Below, in pieces: positions 9,429 to 19,248 of a stretch of DNA of 64,000 nt. The notes beneath the pieces were generated by a model. That model was given only the letters and a program-made list of their open reading frames with translations. It searched no databases and was not told the origin of the DNA. The translations under genes were made by a program, and so were the position numbers. Position 1 is the first letter of the stretch. Every line of letters starts with the position of its first letter. The stretch is from Bacteroidota bacterium (GTDB taxonomy: Bacteria > Bacteroidota > Bacteroidia > Chitinophagales > BACL12), in contig JADJJZ010000029.1 of the NCBI GenBank assembly GCA_016706255.1, positions 78,444 through 142,443 of the forward strand. Direction: 5' to 3'.

Positions 9429-10796
9429 TTAGGAATGCTCCCGACTAGGGAGCATTTTTATTTTAAGTAACCTTTTGGTATTTCTGGTAACCTTAAATCG
9501 CTCATCCTGACGGTGTCCTGCTAACCAAATTATTTTATCTCCGCATAAAACCACATAGGTGTTTTCTTTGGCAAGATGGTCAATTTTAGCATTCGTTAAA
9601 ATATCGCTTACCTTTTTCTTGCCGGGTTTATCAGATTTCTTTTTGGTTAAACCCAATGGATATAAGTAATCGCCGGCCTGCCACTTTCTTACTTGCAAAG
9701 GATAGGAAATTAGTGCTGCATCGAAATAGGCGATTAATCCACTTGAATTAAATTGTATACCATCATGATAATTGCTTTCTTCCAACTCAAAAATGAAATA
9801 GCCAACAGATAATTTACAATTTGCTTTTTCAATATTTTGTAAGGCAAATTGTTCAGATTTTTTTTCGGTTAAAATCAAAAACTTTCTGTCTATCAAAACA
9901 CGATGTGATTCACTGTAAAATATTTTCCCCGTGTTACCAAAAGCATCGTAAAGCTGAGTGATTTGTGCATTATTAAACCCATTTGGTGATAATAATTCAT
10001 GTAATAACGTAAGTGCTGTAACCCTATCTCCAAGTGCTGCTATTGGGATATATCTATCAGCACCTTTATGTTGAATTAATTTAAACAATCGCTTCTTAAC
10101 TGCATCAGCATAAATACGATATGCACCTTCAAAATTTAAAATGTTTTGCTGCATGGTTGCAACAAAAGCAGGATTAATTTCTTCCAGTTTCGGCACTATT
10201 TCATTTCGAATTAAATTGCGCTGATAAATTGATTCAGCGTTTGATTCATCAATACGAAATGAGATATTGTAATTTTTACAATAAGTATCAATTTCAGCTT
10301 TATTACAAAATAAAAGTGGTCGGATAATATTTTTGTTTATCAACGGAATTCCACGTAATCCGTGCAATCCGGTTCCTTTAGTTAATCGGAGTAAAAGTGT
10401 TTCGGCGTTATCGTTTGCGTGATGGGCCGTTACAATTTTAGTATAACCAAATTGTTCAACTATTAATTGAAAATATTGATAACGTAAATTTCTTGCTGCC
10501 TCTTCAATGGACAATTTATTTTCAACTGCATAAGTGCTGGTATCAAAGCGGGAGCAGTGTAGTGGAATTTTTTGTGTTATGGCAAATTTTTCAACAAATG
10601 TTTCATCTCCCAAACTATTTGCTCCACGTAAGTTAAAATTACAATGTGCAATACCAAACGTAAATCCACTTTTAACTACTAAATCACAAAGCACCATACT
10701 ATCTGCACCGCCACTTACTGCCAGCAACAATTTATCCTGCTTCGTACAGAGATTATTTTGTAAAATAAAATTAGAAAATTGGTCGAGGGTAAGCAT
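9429..10796 (-). CDS. tilS: tRNA(Ile)-lysidine synthetase
   Basis: 455 aa with the PP-loop LLAVSGGADSMVL, an N-type ATP pyrophosphatase core and a C-terminal TilS domain. Confidence 0.85.
   Translation of the reverse strand: MLTLDQFSNFILQNNLCTKQDKLLLAVSGGADSMVLCDLVVKSGFTFGIAHCNFNLRGANSLGDETFVEKFAITQKIPLHCSRFDTSTYAVENKLSIEEAARNLRYQYFQLIVEQFGYTKIVTAHHANDNAETLLLRLTKGTGLHGLRGIPLINKNIIRPLLFCNKAEIDTYCKNYNISFRIDESNAESIYQRNLIRNEIVPKLEEINPAFVATMQQNILNFEGAYRIYADAVKKRLFKLIQHKGADRYIPIAALGDRVTALTLLHELLSPNGFNNAQITQLYDAFGNTGKIFYSESHRVLIDRKFLILTEKKSEQFALQNIEKANCKLSVGYFIFELEESNYHDGIQFNSSGLIAYFDAALISYPLQVRKWQAGDYLYPLGLTKKKSDKPGKKKVSDILTNAKIDHLAKENTYVVLCGDKIIWLAGHRQDERFKVTRNTKRLLKIKMLPSREHS
9434..9456 (+). terminator. 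Terminator of the 7979-9409 gene
   Basis: Stem-loop aatgctccc-gacta-gggagcatt (9-bp stem) followed by TTTTTATTTT. It overlaps the last codons of the convergent tilS ORF. Confidence 0.7.
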
Positions 10797-10813
10797 AATT
10801 AAATCATTACTAT

Positions 10814-11143
10814 TTATTCATCATCTTCAATACCCATACTAAAATTCATCGCAGCATTTTGTAATTCGGCAAGGCTATGTTGGTCGTTGAGTTTTTTTGC
10901 AATAGCCATTCCATCGGCATAACATTTTTCTGCTGCGGCCTTATTGCCAAGTTTAATATAAAGTTTTGCCAGGTGATAATAAGTGCCAACATAATCAGGA
11001 TCACGCTGCACCAAATTCTCAAAATATTGTAATCCGGTTTCAGGTTCACCACTTTTGATATATTCTAATGCAAGGGCAAAACATACAAATGAATCATTGG
11101 GATTTTCTTCATAAAATTTTAATAATTGTGTAATTCTGCTCAT
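10814..11143 (-). CDS. Small TPR-repeat protein
   Basis: 109 aa with two or three TPR units (FALALEYIKSGEPETGLQYFENLVQRDPDY, YYHLAKLYIKLGNKAAAEKCY). Confidence 0.65.
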   Translation of the reverse strand: MSRITQLLKFYEENPNDSFVCFALALEYIKSGEPETGLQYFENLVQRDPDYVGTYYHLAKLYIKLGNKAAAEKCYADGMAIAKKLNDQHSLAELQNAAMNFSMGIEDDE

Positions 11144-11270
11144 TGCCTTCTAATAATATCTGCAAATATAACCATCTGTAAATGATTGCGATTAGGATGC
11201 AGCCCCTTGTGTTAGGAACATGTGAACCAAATATCACGATAAAAAACACAAAATCTCACCTCAAAAACCC

Positions 11271-11278
11271 TATCTTTG
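11271..11278 (+). promoter_or_regulatory. Bacteroidota-type -7 box (TAnnTTTG) for etfB
   Basis: TATCTTTG, 29 nt upstream of the etfB ATG. It matches the TAnnTTTG consensus of the Bacteroidota primary sigma factor. Confidence 0.5.
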
Positions 11279-11306
11279 CAGTCCGAAATTCGAAAAAATA
11301 AACGTT

Positions 11307-12047
11307 ATGAAATTATTGGTTTGTATCAGCAAAGTTCCGGATACTACGGCTAAAATTGGATTTATTGAGAATAACACCAAATTTAATGAAGCCGGTGTGC
11401 AGTTTATAATTAATCCATACGATGAATGGTATGCTTTAGTGCGCGCATTGGAGCTCAAAGAAACATTGGGTGGCACGGTTACGGTTATAAATGTTGGTAA
11501 AGCAGATAACGAACAAATTATCAGAAAAGCGCTTGCTTTAGGTGCTGATGATGCTGTGCGTATCGATATTGACCCTGCTGATGCTTACCAGGTGGCTTCA
11601 AACATTGCAGGATATGCAAAATCTCAAAACTTTGATATTGTTTTAACCGGCAAAGAAACTATCGACTACAACGGTGGTGTTGTTGGCGGCATGTTGGCTG
11701 AATTACTTGATTTACCATACATTTCACTGGCCAGTAAATTAGATGTTGATGGCAGTTCACTTAAAATTGAACGTGAACTTGAGGGCCTTAAAGAAACAGT
11801 AACTGCAAAAATGCCATGTGTAATCAGCGCTCAAAAAGGAATGGCTGAGGCGCGTATTCCAAATATGCGTGGTATTCTGGCTTCTAAAACCAAACCAGTT
11901 ACAGTAATTGCTGCAGACGGATCTCCGGTAAAAGCAGGCGTTAAATCATTTGCCATGCCGGCAGAAAAAACCGGTTGTAAAATGATTAGTCCTGACGATG
12001 CAGCTCAACTGGTAGGTTTGTTGCACAACGAAGCCAAAGTAATTTAA
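11307..12047 (+). CDS. etfB: Electron transfer flavoprotein beta subunit
   Basis: 246 aa beginning MKLLVCISKVPDTTAKI..., typical of ETF-beta. It lies directly upstream of etfA. Confidence 0.9.
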   Translation: MKLLVCISKVPDTTAKIGFIENNTKFNEAGVQFIINPYDEWYALVRALELKETLGGTVTVINVGKADNEQIIRKALALGADDAVRIDIDPADAYQVASNIAGYAKSQNFDIVLTGKETIDYNGGVVGGMLAELLDLPYISLASKLDVDGSSLKIERELEGLKETVTAKMPCVISAQKGMAEARIPNMRGILASKTKPVTVIAADGSPVKAGVKSFAMPAEKTGCKMISPDDAAQLVGLLHNEAKVI

Positions 12048-12086
12048 TTAGAATCTATTTAACTCAAAGCATTTAAATATACAGAT

Positions 12087-13034
12087 ATGACGAATCTGGT
12101 TTTTACAGAATTATCGAACGGTAAATTAAGAAAAACATCACATGAAGTAGCGGCTTACGCGGCAAAACTCGGCAATACCACTGCAATTGCAATTGGTAAG
12201 GCAGATGCCGGTGAGTTAGAAAAACTTGGCGGATATGGTATTACCACTGTATTGCATGTTGCGGATGAACGTTTAAACAACGTGATGTCAAAAGCATATA
12301 CCAAAATAATTACCGCTGCCGCAGCGCAAGTAGGAGCGGATACAGTAATTATGTCGCATAACACCGCAGGAAAAACCATTGCACCACGTGTTGCAGTTCG
12401 CATGCAAGCTGCGTTATATCCCGGTGTTAACAGTCTGCCTGAAAATAATATCGTACGCAAAGCAGTATTCTCTGGAAAAGCTTTTGCCGATTTAGCTATG
12501 GATTCAGGAGCTAAAGTAATTACCGTAAATCCAAATTCATTTAAAGCTGAATCAGGAGCCGGAAGTGCTGCTGTTACTGCATTTGAAGCGAATGTAAGCG
12601 ATGCTGACTTTGATAATGTTGTTGTAAATATAGAAGATGAAGCAGGTGGACATGTGCCACTTCCTGATGCTGAAATAGTAGTTTCAGGTGGTCGCGGATT
12701 AAAAGGCCCCGAAAATTGGGGAATTATTGAAGATTTGGCTAACGCATTAGGCGCTGCAACTGCTTGCTCACGTCCGGTTGCCGATATCGGATGGCGACCT
12801 CACCATGAACACGTTGGTCAAACAGGTATAACCATTAAACCTACGTTATATATAGCTGTTGGTATCTCTGGTGCCATTCAACATCTTGCAGGTGTTAATC
12901 AAAGCAAGGTAATTGTAGTAATTAATAAAGACCCGGAAGCACCTTTCTTTAAAGCAGCCGATTATGGTATTGTTGGCGATGCATTCGAGGTATTACCTAA
13001 AATAACTGAGGCCGTTAAAAAGCTAAAAGCATAA
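12087..13034 (+). CDS. etfA: Electron transfer flavoprotein alpha subunit
   Basis: 315 aa with the C-terminal FAD-binding region VVSGGRG...PTLYIAVGISGAIQHLAG. Confidence 0.9.
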   Translation: MTNLVFTELSNGKLRKTSHEVAAYAAKLGNTTAIAIGKADAGELEKLGGYGITTVLHVADERLNNVMSKAYTKIITAAAAQVGADTVIMSHNTAGKTIAPRVAVRMQAALYPGVNSLPENNIVRKAVFSGKAFADLAMDSGAKVITVNPNSFKAESGAGSAAVTAFEANVSDADFDNVVVNIEDEAGGHVPLPDAEIVVSGGRGLKGPENWGIIEDLANALGAATACSRPVADIGWRPHHEHVGQTGITIKPTLYIAVGISGAIQHLAGVNQSKVIVVINKDPEAPFFKAADYGIVGDAFEVLPKITEAVKKLKA

Positions 13035-13121
13035 GCATAATTCTGAATAAAAATTATCTTATCCTTTTGACTATAAATCATTCTTTTACTTTTTAACTTA
13101 GTAGTATCTTAGCGACACCGA

Positions 13122-13742
13122 ATGCAAAAAATTGAACTGGAAATATCAGGATTGTCACATACTATAACACAATCTCAAAGTTATGCGGTATTGTTAAGTG
13201 AAGTAGGCGGGGTGCGGAAATTACCTATCGTAATTGGCGCATTTGAAGCGCAGGCTATTGCAGTTGCTATTGAAAAGGTAGTTATTAACCGACCGCTTTC
13301 TCACGATCTGATTAAAAACCTCTTTACCATTTTTAATATAAACTTGCGGGAAGTGCTTATCGATAATCTGCAGGATGGCATATTTTATTCCAAACTGATT
13401 TGCGAAAAAGACGGCCAGGAAATAGAAGTAGATTCAAGAACCAGCGATGCACTGGCGCTCGCTGTGCGATTCAATTGCCCGATTTTTACTTATGAATTTA
13501 TTCTGGAAACGGCAGGGGCAATTATCAATGAACAAGATAACAAGGACGAGGACGATGATGATGAGGAAGAAGATGAGGATGCTTCTGAAATTGTAGGAGC
13601 CGCGCTTTCAGCAGAAACTGACGACATTAGTGGAATGAGCCTGAAAGAACTCAACGATAAACTTAAAGAATTTCTCGATAAAGAAGATTACGAATCTGCA
13701 GCCCGCATTCGCGATGAAATTGAACATCGCAAACACAAATAA
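13122..13742 (+). CDS. Bifunctional nuclease (DUF151-type) with C-terminal UVR motif
   Basis: 206 aa with LPIVIGAFEAQAI...SRTSDALALAVRF, an acidic linker DEDDDDEEEDED, and EDYESAARIRDEIE (UvrB/C-like motif). Confidence 0.75.
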   Translation: MQKIELEISGLSHTITQSQSYAVLLSEVGGVRKLPIVIGAFEAQAIAVAIEKVVINRPLSHDLIKNLFTIFNINLREVLIDNLQDGIFYSKLICEKDGQEIEVDSRTSDALALAVRFNCPIFTYEFILETAGAIINEQDNKDEDDDDEEEDEDASEIVGAALSAETDDISGMSLKELNDKLKEFLDKEDYESAARIRDEIEHRKHK

Positions 13743-13751
13743 AATTACTAC

Positions 13752-14126
13752 ATGCAATTAGTACTGCTTATCGGTCTCGGTGGATTTTTAGGTACTATTG
13801 CCCGATATTTAACCGGTCAACTTATATTACGTCAAGTTACACCAAGCTTTCCCTACAGCACGTTAATTGTTAACCTGTTTGGGTGTTTCTTAATCGGATT
13901 AATTTACGGCTGGTTCGAAAAACAACATCTTGCCACAAACGACTGGAAATTGATGCTTACCGCAGGTTTTTGCGGAGGTTTTACCACATTTTCAGCATTT
14001 TCTATTGAAAATATTCAATTGTTACGCGACGGACATTTCGGGATGTCAATTTTATATATCTTTAGCAGCATTTTGCTCGGATTACTGCTTACAATTGGTG
14101 GTATTACGCTGGTAAAATCGATTTAA
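13752..14126 (+). CDS. crcB: Fluoride ion channel CrcB/FluC
   Basis: 124 aa with four TM segments and the motifs GGFLGTIARY and GFCGGFTTFSAFS. Confidence 0.9.
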   Translation: MQLVLLIGLGGFLGTIARYLTGQLILRQVTPSFPYSTLIVNLFGCFLIGLIYGWFEKQHLATNDWKLMLTAGFCGGFTTFSAFSIENIQLLRDGHFGMSILYIFSSILLGLLLTIGGITLVKSI

Positions 14127-14178
14127 CCATTCCCGCAAAAAACATTTTTTCAGATTTTAACACACAAAAAAACCTGTT

Positions 14179-15528
14179 ATGGTTGAAAGCGTTTTGAGAG
14201 GATTACTCGGTGTTGCATTTCTAGTTGGAATATGCTGGTTGTTTAGTAAAAATCGCCGAGCTATCGATTGGAAATTAGTGGGCACCGGATTGCTTATCCA
14301 ATTTGTTTTTGCATTTTTAATTATTGCTCTTCCTGACCTTACAGAAAATTATTTAGGATATCGTTTCGACTGGATTGAACGAATATTTAGTGCAATGGCA
14401 AACTTTTTTGTTATTGTTATTGGATATACCAATGCAGGAGCAACTTTTGTGCTGGGGGACTGGCCTTCAGTTACTCAGGTAAATGATGGTTTAACAGGTG
14501 AATTAGTTACGGTAGGCTATATTTTTGCGTTTAAGGTTTTACCTACAGTTATCTTTTTCTCAGCATTAACTTCATTGTTATACTTTCTCGGAATTTTACA
14601 AAAAATAGTATATGGTTTTGCCTGGATAATGAGTAAAACTATGCGATTAAGCGGAGCAGAAAGTTTGAATGCTGCAGGTAATATTTTTCTTGGACAAACA
14701 GAAGCACCATTATTAATTCGTCCATATCTTGAAAAAATGACCAAATCGGAAATTTTATGTGTGATGGTTGGTGGTATGGCAACTATTGCCGGTGGTGTAA
14801 TGGCTGCTTATATCGGATTTCTTGGTGGTGATAGTATAGAAAAACAACAGTTATTTGCCATGCATTTATTAAGTGCATCTATCATGAGTGCGCCTGCTGC
14901 AATTGTTGCATCAAAAATGTTGTTCCCACAAACAGAACCTGTTGACAGCGATTTAAAAGTAAATAAAGAACGTATCGGTTCAAATGCGATTGAAGCAATT
15001 GCTAACGGCACAACCGATGGTTTAAAATTGGCGGTGAATGTAGGTGCAATGTTATTGGCATTTACTGCATTTATGGCCATGTTTAATTCAATTTTTCTTG
15101 GTTTGGGTGGTATGATTGGCGTGAATGATGATATTGCCAGAGCAACAGGCGGAACCTATTCCGGTTTATCACTCGATTATATTTTTGGTATTGTTATGGC
15201 ACCGGTCGCGTGGTTATTGGGAACACCTTCTGCAGATATTGTTGCAGTAGGTCAATTACTCGGCGAAAAAACAATTATCAACGAATTTGTTGCTTACGCC
15301 AGCTTAGGAGAAATGAAATCAGGACTCGATGAAAAATCTATCATTATTGCAACCTATGCATTATGTGGTTTTTCAAATTTCGCATCAATAGGTATTCAAA
15401 TTGGTGGGATAGGGGCTTTGGCACCAAATCAAAAAACAAATTTATCACAATTGGGTTTACGCGCTTTATTAGGAGGCACAGTAGCTTGCTTTTTTACAGC
15501 AGCTATTGCCGGAATGATTATTAATTAA
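14179..15528 (+). CDS. Concentrative nucleoside transporter (CNT/NupC family)
   Basis: 449-aa polytopic protein with GNIFLGQTEAPLLIRPY and INEFVAY motifs. Confidence 0.85.
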   Translation: MVESVLRGLLGVAFLVGICWLFSKNRRAIDWKLVGTGLLIQFVFAFLIIALPDLTENYLGYRFDWIERIFSAMANFFVIVIGYTNAGATFVLGDWPSVTQVNDGLTGELVTVGYIFAFKVLPTVIFFSALTSLLYFLGILQKIVYGFAWIMSKTMRLSGAESLNAAGNIFLGQTEAPLLIRPYLEKMTKSEILCVMVGGMATIAGGVMAAYIGFLGGDSIEKQQLFAMHLLSASIMSAPAAIVASKMLFPQTEPVDSDLKVNKERIGSNAIEAIANGTTDGLKLAVNVGAMLLAFTAFMAMFNSIFLGLGGMIGVNDDIARATGGTYSGLSLDYIFGIVMAPVAWLLGTPSADIVAVGQLLGEKTIINEFVAYASLGEMKSGLDEKSIIIATYALCGFSNFASIGIQIGGIGALAPNQKTNLSQLGLRALLGGTVACFFTAAIAGMIIN

Positions 15529-15534
15529 TTAGCC

Positions 15535-15792
15535 ATGAATGAATTTTATCAATGGGCGATTTTTTTGGGATTTATTGCATTAATAGTAATTATCCTTTAT
15601 GCATTTGCTTCAGGTTATATTCATACCGCGCGAACGCGCACCGATAGTTTTAAAGAATGGCAAAAATTAAATGGTCGTGTTGTTCGAATGATGTGTTTAT
15701 TAATGCTGGTAGTTTGCGTAAGTATTGCAATTTATAAATATTACCAGGTGAATGAAACTTTAAACGCACCACCTTCACTTGAATCGGATTAA
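15535..15792 (+). CDS. Small membrane protein (hypothetical)
   Basis: 85 aa with two hydrophobic helices. It starts 6 nt after the transporter stop. No family recognised. Confidence 0.45.
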   Translation: MNEFYQWAIFLGFIALIVIILYAFASGYIHTARTRTDSFKEWQKLNGRVVRMMCLLMLVVCVSIAIYKYYQVNETLNAPPSLESD

Positions 15793-16736
15793 TTAAATAT
15801 ACTTTTTAAATAAGGATGCTGTTTAAAATATAAATACACCATCGCCGCTTCTTTCATCCGGCCTTTGGAAGATGGATGTATTCCACCTTTACCTGCATCA
15901 TCACATTCCCATTTGTAACCCTGCTTATTTCCGGTTGTTCCATCTGTCCACAAATAAGGCCCCCAATCTAGAAAAGGTAAATCTGGATAATTATAACCTA
16001 TTGAATCCTGAATTTGTTTTTCAATTAACCATTTAATGGTCCAGCCATTATAATAAGCGGTAGGCTCTTTTAATTCTTTTGGACCTTCGCCGTTTATTCC
16101 AATATAGCCGGCATATGTCCTGTCTGAAAGAAATACAATTTTGCAATTAGGGTAATATTTTTTGATATTGCGTAAGGCCGTTTGATATTTTGGTAGCTGC
16201 GTATAACACTGTTGTGGAAATGCTTCTGAAAAAGTATATATATCACCGGAACTCATCCAGATAACCTGAACTTGATTGCGATTCATTTGCTGAGCCTTTA
16301 AAGTTGAATCTATATTAGTCCAGTAGGTTGAATTACTATCAGTCATCGAATTAATATCACGACCACCCTGAGCACCGATAATAATTTCGAGATACGGATT
16401 TTTTTGAAGCTCAACAATATCACGCACAAACCGTCCTGTCATCGCAGCAGTACTATAACCAAGTACCATCATACCAATTTTTCCATGCAGCGAATCAACT
16501 TCACCCGCTTTATTTAACGGTTTAATTGTATTTGCCAGAAGCATACCCTTATTATAATGATCGACCGGGATTTCATTTTTCCCATTCGGGTATTTGCCTC
16601 CAGTGAAGCCATTAAATTGTTGAATTCCGAGGTCAGGTATCGGAATATTGCCTGTTGCATTTGGGTTGCAGGGTTGCGCATATGCTGCCTGGAGGCAAAG
16701 TATACAGAATATGATTAAGATACAGTTATTTTTCAT
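15789..16736 (-). CDS. Secreted protein, possibly an SGNH/GDSL-like hydrolase
   Basis: The track start is TTG 16754. ATG 16736 gives the signal peptide MKNNCILIIFCILCLQAAYAQ and sits 1 nt after the upstream stop. The late GGIHPSSKG resembles SGNH block V and MVLGYSTAAM weakly resembles block I. Confidence 0.45.
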   Translation of the reverse strand: MKNNCILIIFCILCLQAAYAQPCNPNATGNIPIPDLGIQQFNGFTGGKYPNGKNEIPVDHYNKGMLLANTIKPLNKAGEVDSLHGKIGMMVLGYSTAAMTGRFVRDIVELQKNPYLEIIIGAQGGRDINSMTDSNSTYWTNIDSTLKAQQMNRNQVQVIWMSSGDIYTFSEAFPQQCYTQLPKYQTALRNIKKYYPNCKIVFLSDRTYAGYIGINGEGPKELKEPTAYYNGWTIKWLIEKQIQDSIGYNYPDLPFLDWGPYLWTDGTTGNKQGYKWECDDAGKGGIHPSSKGRMKEAAMVYLYFKQHPYLKSIFN

Positions 16737-16737
16737 A

Positions 16738-19197
16738 TCAGAATCCGAAACCAATTAATACTTTAATGTTTTCTGCTGGATAATTATTTTCAAATGTATA
16801 AGGCGTATAAGCGATATCAACACGTATAATTTTAAATAAATGTTCAACACCGGCAGCAATTTCAACATAATGATTTAGTTCATCGGTATACAAATAGTTG
16901 GCGGAAAAAACAGGCTCTAATTTCAATTGTTTAAACAGCGGCAGTTGTCTAAATAAAAAACCCTCAGTATGCCATTGTATATGCGCTGCTGCAAAATATT
17001 TTTCGGTAGCAGCATAATAATAAGGCAACAAAAAATAACCTTCCGGTGAAATCCGTTGAATAATCGTTTCGTTTCCGGCAAAATTTAACTGGTCAGCAAT
17101 ATTTAATTGTGTGTTTGAAATTAAAATCCCTGCTTCAGCATTAAAGGTTAAGTTTCCTGCTAAAGCAAGTTTGTAATTATCGTCCAAACCGAATTTGATA
17201 ATATCATAAGCAACATTGCTGTTGAAAATCCCCGGGATTGCTTTTTCCCATGTTAGATTTAAAATCGGATATTTAACAGCGGTCACAAATTTTTCACCGG
17301 GCTGCATATAATATTGCTGACCAATAGCGTATTTTAAACCTAATTGGAAGTAAAACTTATCTGGTAGTGCTATTGAAGTGCTGTCGGTATAAAATGGATA
17401 ATTATTTGCATCAAACTGTTGATTTTCTGAGTCTATCCATGCTTTAACATCCGTTAAATTATCCAAAGTGTTTCGTTGGTAATAATACACCTGTGCGTTG
17501 CCGTATAAACCATTAATTAATTCCCTGTCCGTTTTAATTCCAGAATAATATTGCTCATACAATTTTAGAAAATTTTCTTCGAGCAATAAACTATAAAACG
17601 AATTTACAATTGGAGCTATTCCGTTTTTATTATACTGCTGAACACCTGAGCCACCGGTAATCGTAATGCTTGCAGATTTTATCTTGTCATAATCATAACT
17701 CAATGATGCATTAGCATATAATTGCTTTGAACCAAAACCATAACGCAACCCGGGAGAAAAATTTATTTCATCGTTATTTTCAAACCATTTGGTAAGTCGC
17801 ATTTTAGGATTAATAACGTATCCTTCAACGGTATTAAATTGCAGTAAATCGGGCAGGGGATTGGTGCTTAAAAAAATTTTATCATTACTATTGCGGTAAG
17901 TATAACCGCTGATTAAATCGGTTGGATTAAATCGATTAAATATGCGGTCGACAGAATCTTTATATGCCGGGTTTTCTTTTATTATTGCTAATGAATCCTT
18001 TTCGATATAATCTCGCGTTTCCTCATCAGTTAATTGAATAGGCCGGGCTGTATTCCAATAGAGTGAATCTTTTTTATTGGCCTGTTCTTCAATTTTCATC
18101 ACTTCACCATTAAAAAAGTTTTTAGGAAAGATGAGATTAACGGTATAATTATTATAAATCGCATGAAAATATCCGTTGCCTTGAATGCCAAAAAAATTGT
18201 AATTGAAATCAAACTTATTCGACTTTAAAACCAAATGTTCATCATCCGCATAGTAATAAGATTGCGAAACGGTAAAGGTGTCAATAAAATCGATCCCATT
18301 ATCTTTGGTTAAATGCAATTGCAATCCGCTTAAGCGATAATCATCATCGGTTATATAAATAATGCCCGAATAGGCGGGGTCTGACTTTCGTTTTGGATTT
18401 ACTGCAATTTTGTAAATGGTGTGATTATGATCCTGCGATTGACCTAAAAGTGAATATTCATAAAAAAACATGGCATTATCTGCAACAGGTGAAACAAATC
18501 CCCGCTGCGAAAAACCTTCCAGTGTTTCAAGATTGGTATAAAAATTCATATGCATACTTGCTGCATCGTTCCAACTAAATTGACTGTCATCACCACTTAC
18601 AATACTGGCATGCATTACTTCTTTCGTTTTATCAGGATATTTATAATTAAATGTGGAAGATGATTCTGATAAATAAATTACGCCGGTATTATTAGAATCC
18701 ACATCTAAAATTGTATTCAATTGTATTCCCAAAACTTTATCTGGAGCCGAAGTTAATTTTTGTAACCCTTTGATATATACTTCACAGGAATAAGTATTTA
18801 TTTCCTGCAAATGTTCAGGACGCAATTCAATTGCTTTGCGCATAATAGCATAAGCTGGATCTTCCTGGTCCGATTTAATTACAACTTCATTTAATTGGGC
18901 ATATTCCAACTCCATTATTACATTACAAACTACGTTTGCAGTGGCATCTAAATTTATTTCTTGTTTTTTATAACCAATAAATTGAAATGTAACAGCATAA
19001 TTACCTGGAGTAACTTGCAGGGTGTAATACCCTAACTCATTACTTGCACATGCAAATCCGGTATTCTGAATAAAAATATTGCAAAAGGGTAGTGGTTGAT
19101 TGTCAGCGTCAGTAACACGACCAGAAATGGTGGTGGCATTTAAGCCTGCATTTAGAAACAGTGTTAAATAAATTGCAAAATAAATCTGCCTGACCAT
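16738..19197 (-). CDS. CarboxypepD_reg-like domain plus DUF5686-type outer-membrane protein
   Basis: 819 aa with a signal peptide and ISGRVTDADNQPLPFCNIFIQNTGFACASNELGYYTLQVTPGNYAVTFQFIGYK. A long beta-rich region follows, ending ...LIGFGF. Confidence 0.65.
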   Translation of the reverse strand: MVRQIYFAIYLTLFLNAGLNATTISGRVTDADNQPLPFCNIFIQNTGFACASNELGYYTLQVTPGNYAVTFQFIGYKKQEINLDATANVVCNVIMELEYAQLNEVVIKSDQEDPAYAIMRKAIELRPEHLQEINTYSCEVYIKGLQKLTSAPDKVLGIQLNTILDVDSNNTGVIYLSESSSTFNYKYPDKTKEVMHASIVSGDDSQFSWNDAASMHMNFYTNLETLEGFSQRGFVSPVADNAMFFYEYSLLGQSQDHNHTIYKIAVNPKRKSDPAYSGIIYITDDDYRLSGLQLHLTKDNGIDFIDTFTVSQSYYYADDEHLVLKSNKFDFNYNFFGIQGNGYFHAIYNNYTVNLIFPKNFFNGEVMKIEEQANKKDSLYWNTARPIQLTDEETRDYIEKDSLAIIKENPAYKDSVDRIFNRFNPTDLISGYTYRNSNDKIFLSTNPLPDLLQFNTVEGYVINPKMRLTKWFENNDEINFSPGLRYGFGSKQLYANASLSYDYDKIKSASITITGGSGVQQYNKNGIAPIVNSFYSLLLEENFLKLYEQYYSGIKTDRELINGLYGNAQVYYYQRNTLDNLTDVKAWIDSENQQFDANNYPFYTDSTSIALPDKFYFQLGLKYAIGQQYYMQPGEKFVTAVKYPILNLTWEKAIPGIFNSNVAYDIIKFGLDDNYKLALAGNLTFNAEAGILISNTQLNIADQLNFAGNETIIQRISPEGYFLLPYYYAATEKYFAAAHIQWHTEGFLFRQLPLFKQLKLEPVFSANYLYTDELNHYVEIAAGVEHLFKIIRVDIAYTPYTFENNYPAENIKVLIGFGF

Positions 19198-19248
19198 CAG
19201 CGTAAAGATAATGCAGTGAAACGCCTAAAATAACAAGAATGGTATAAT

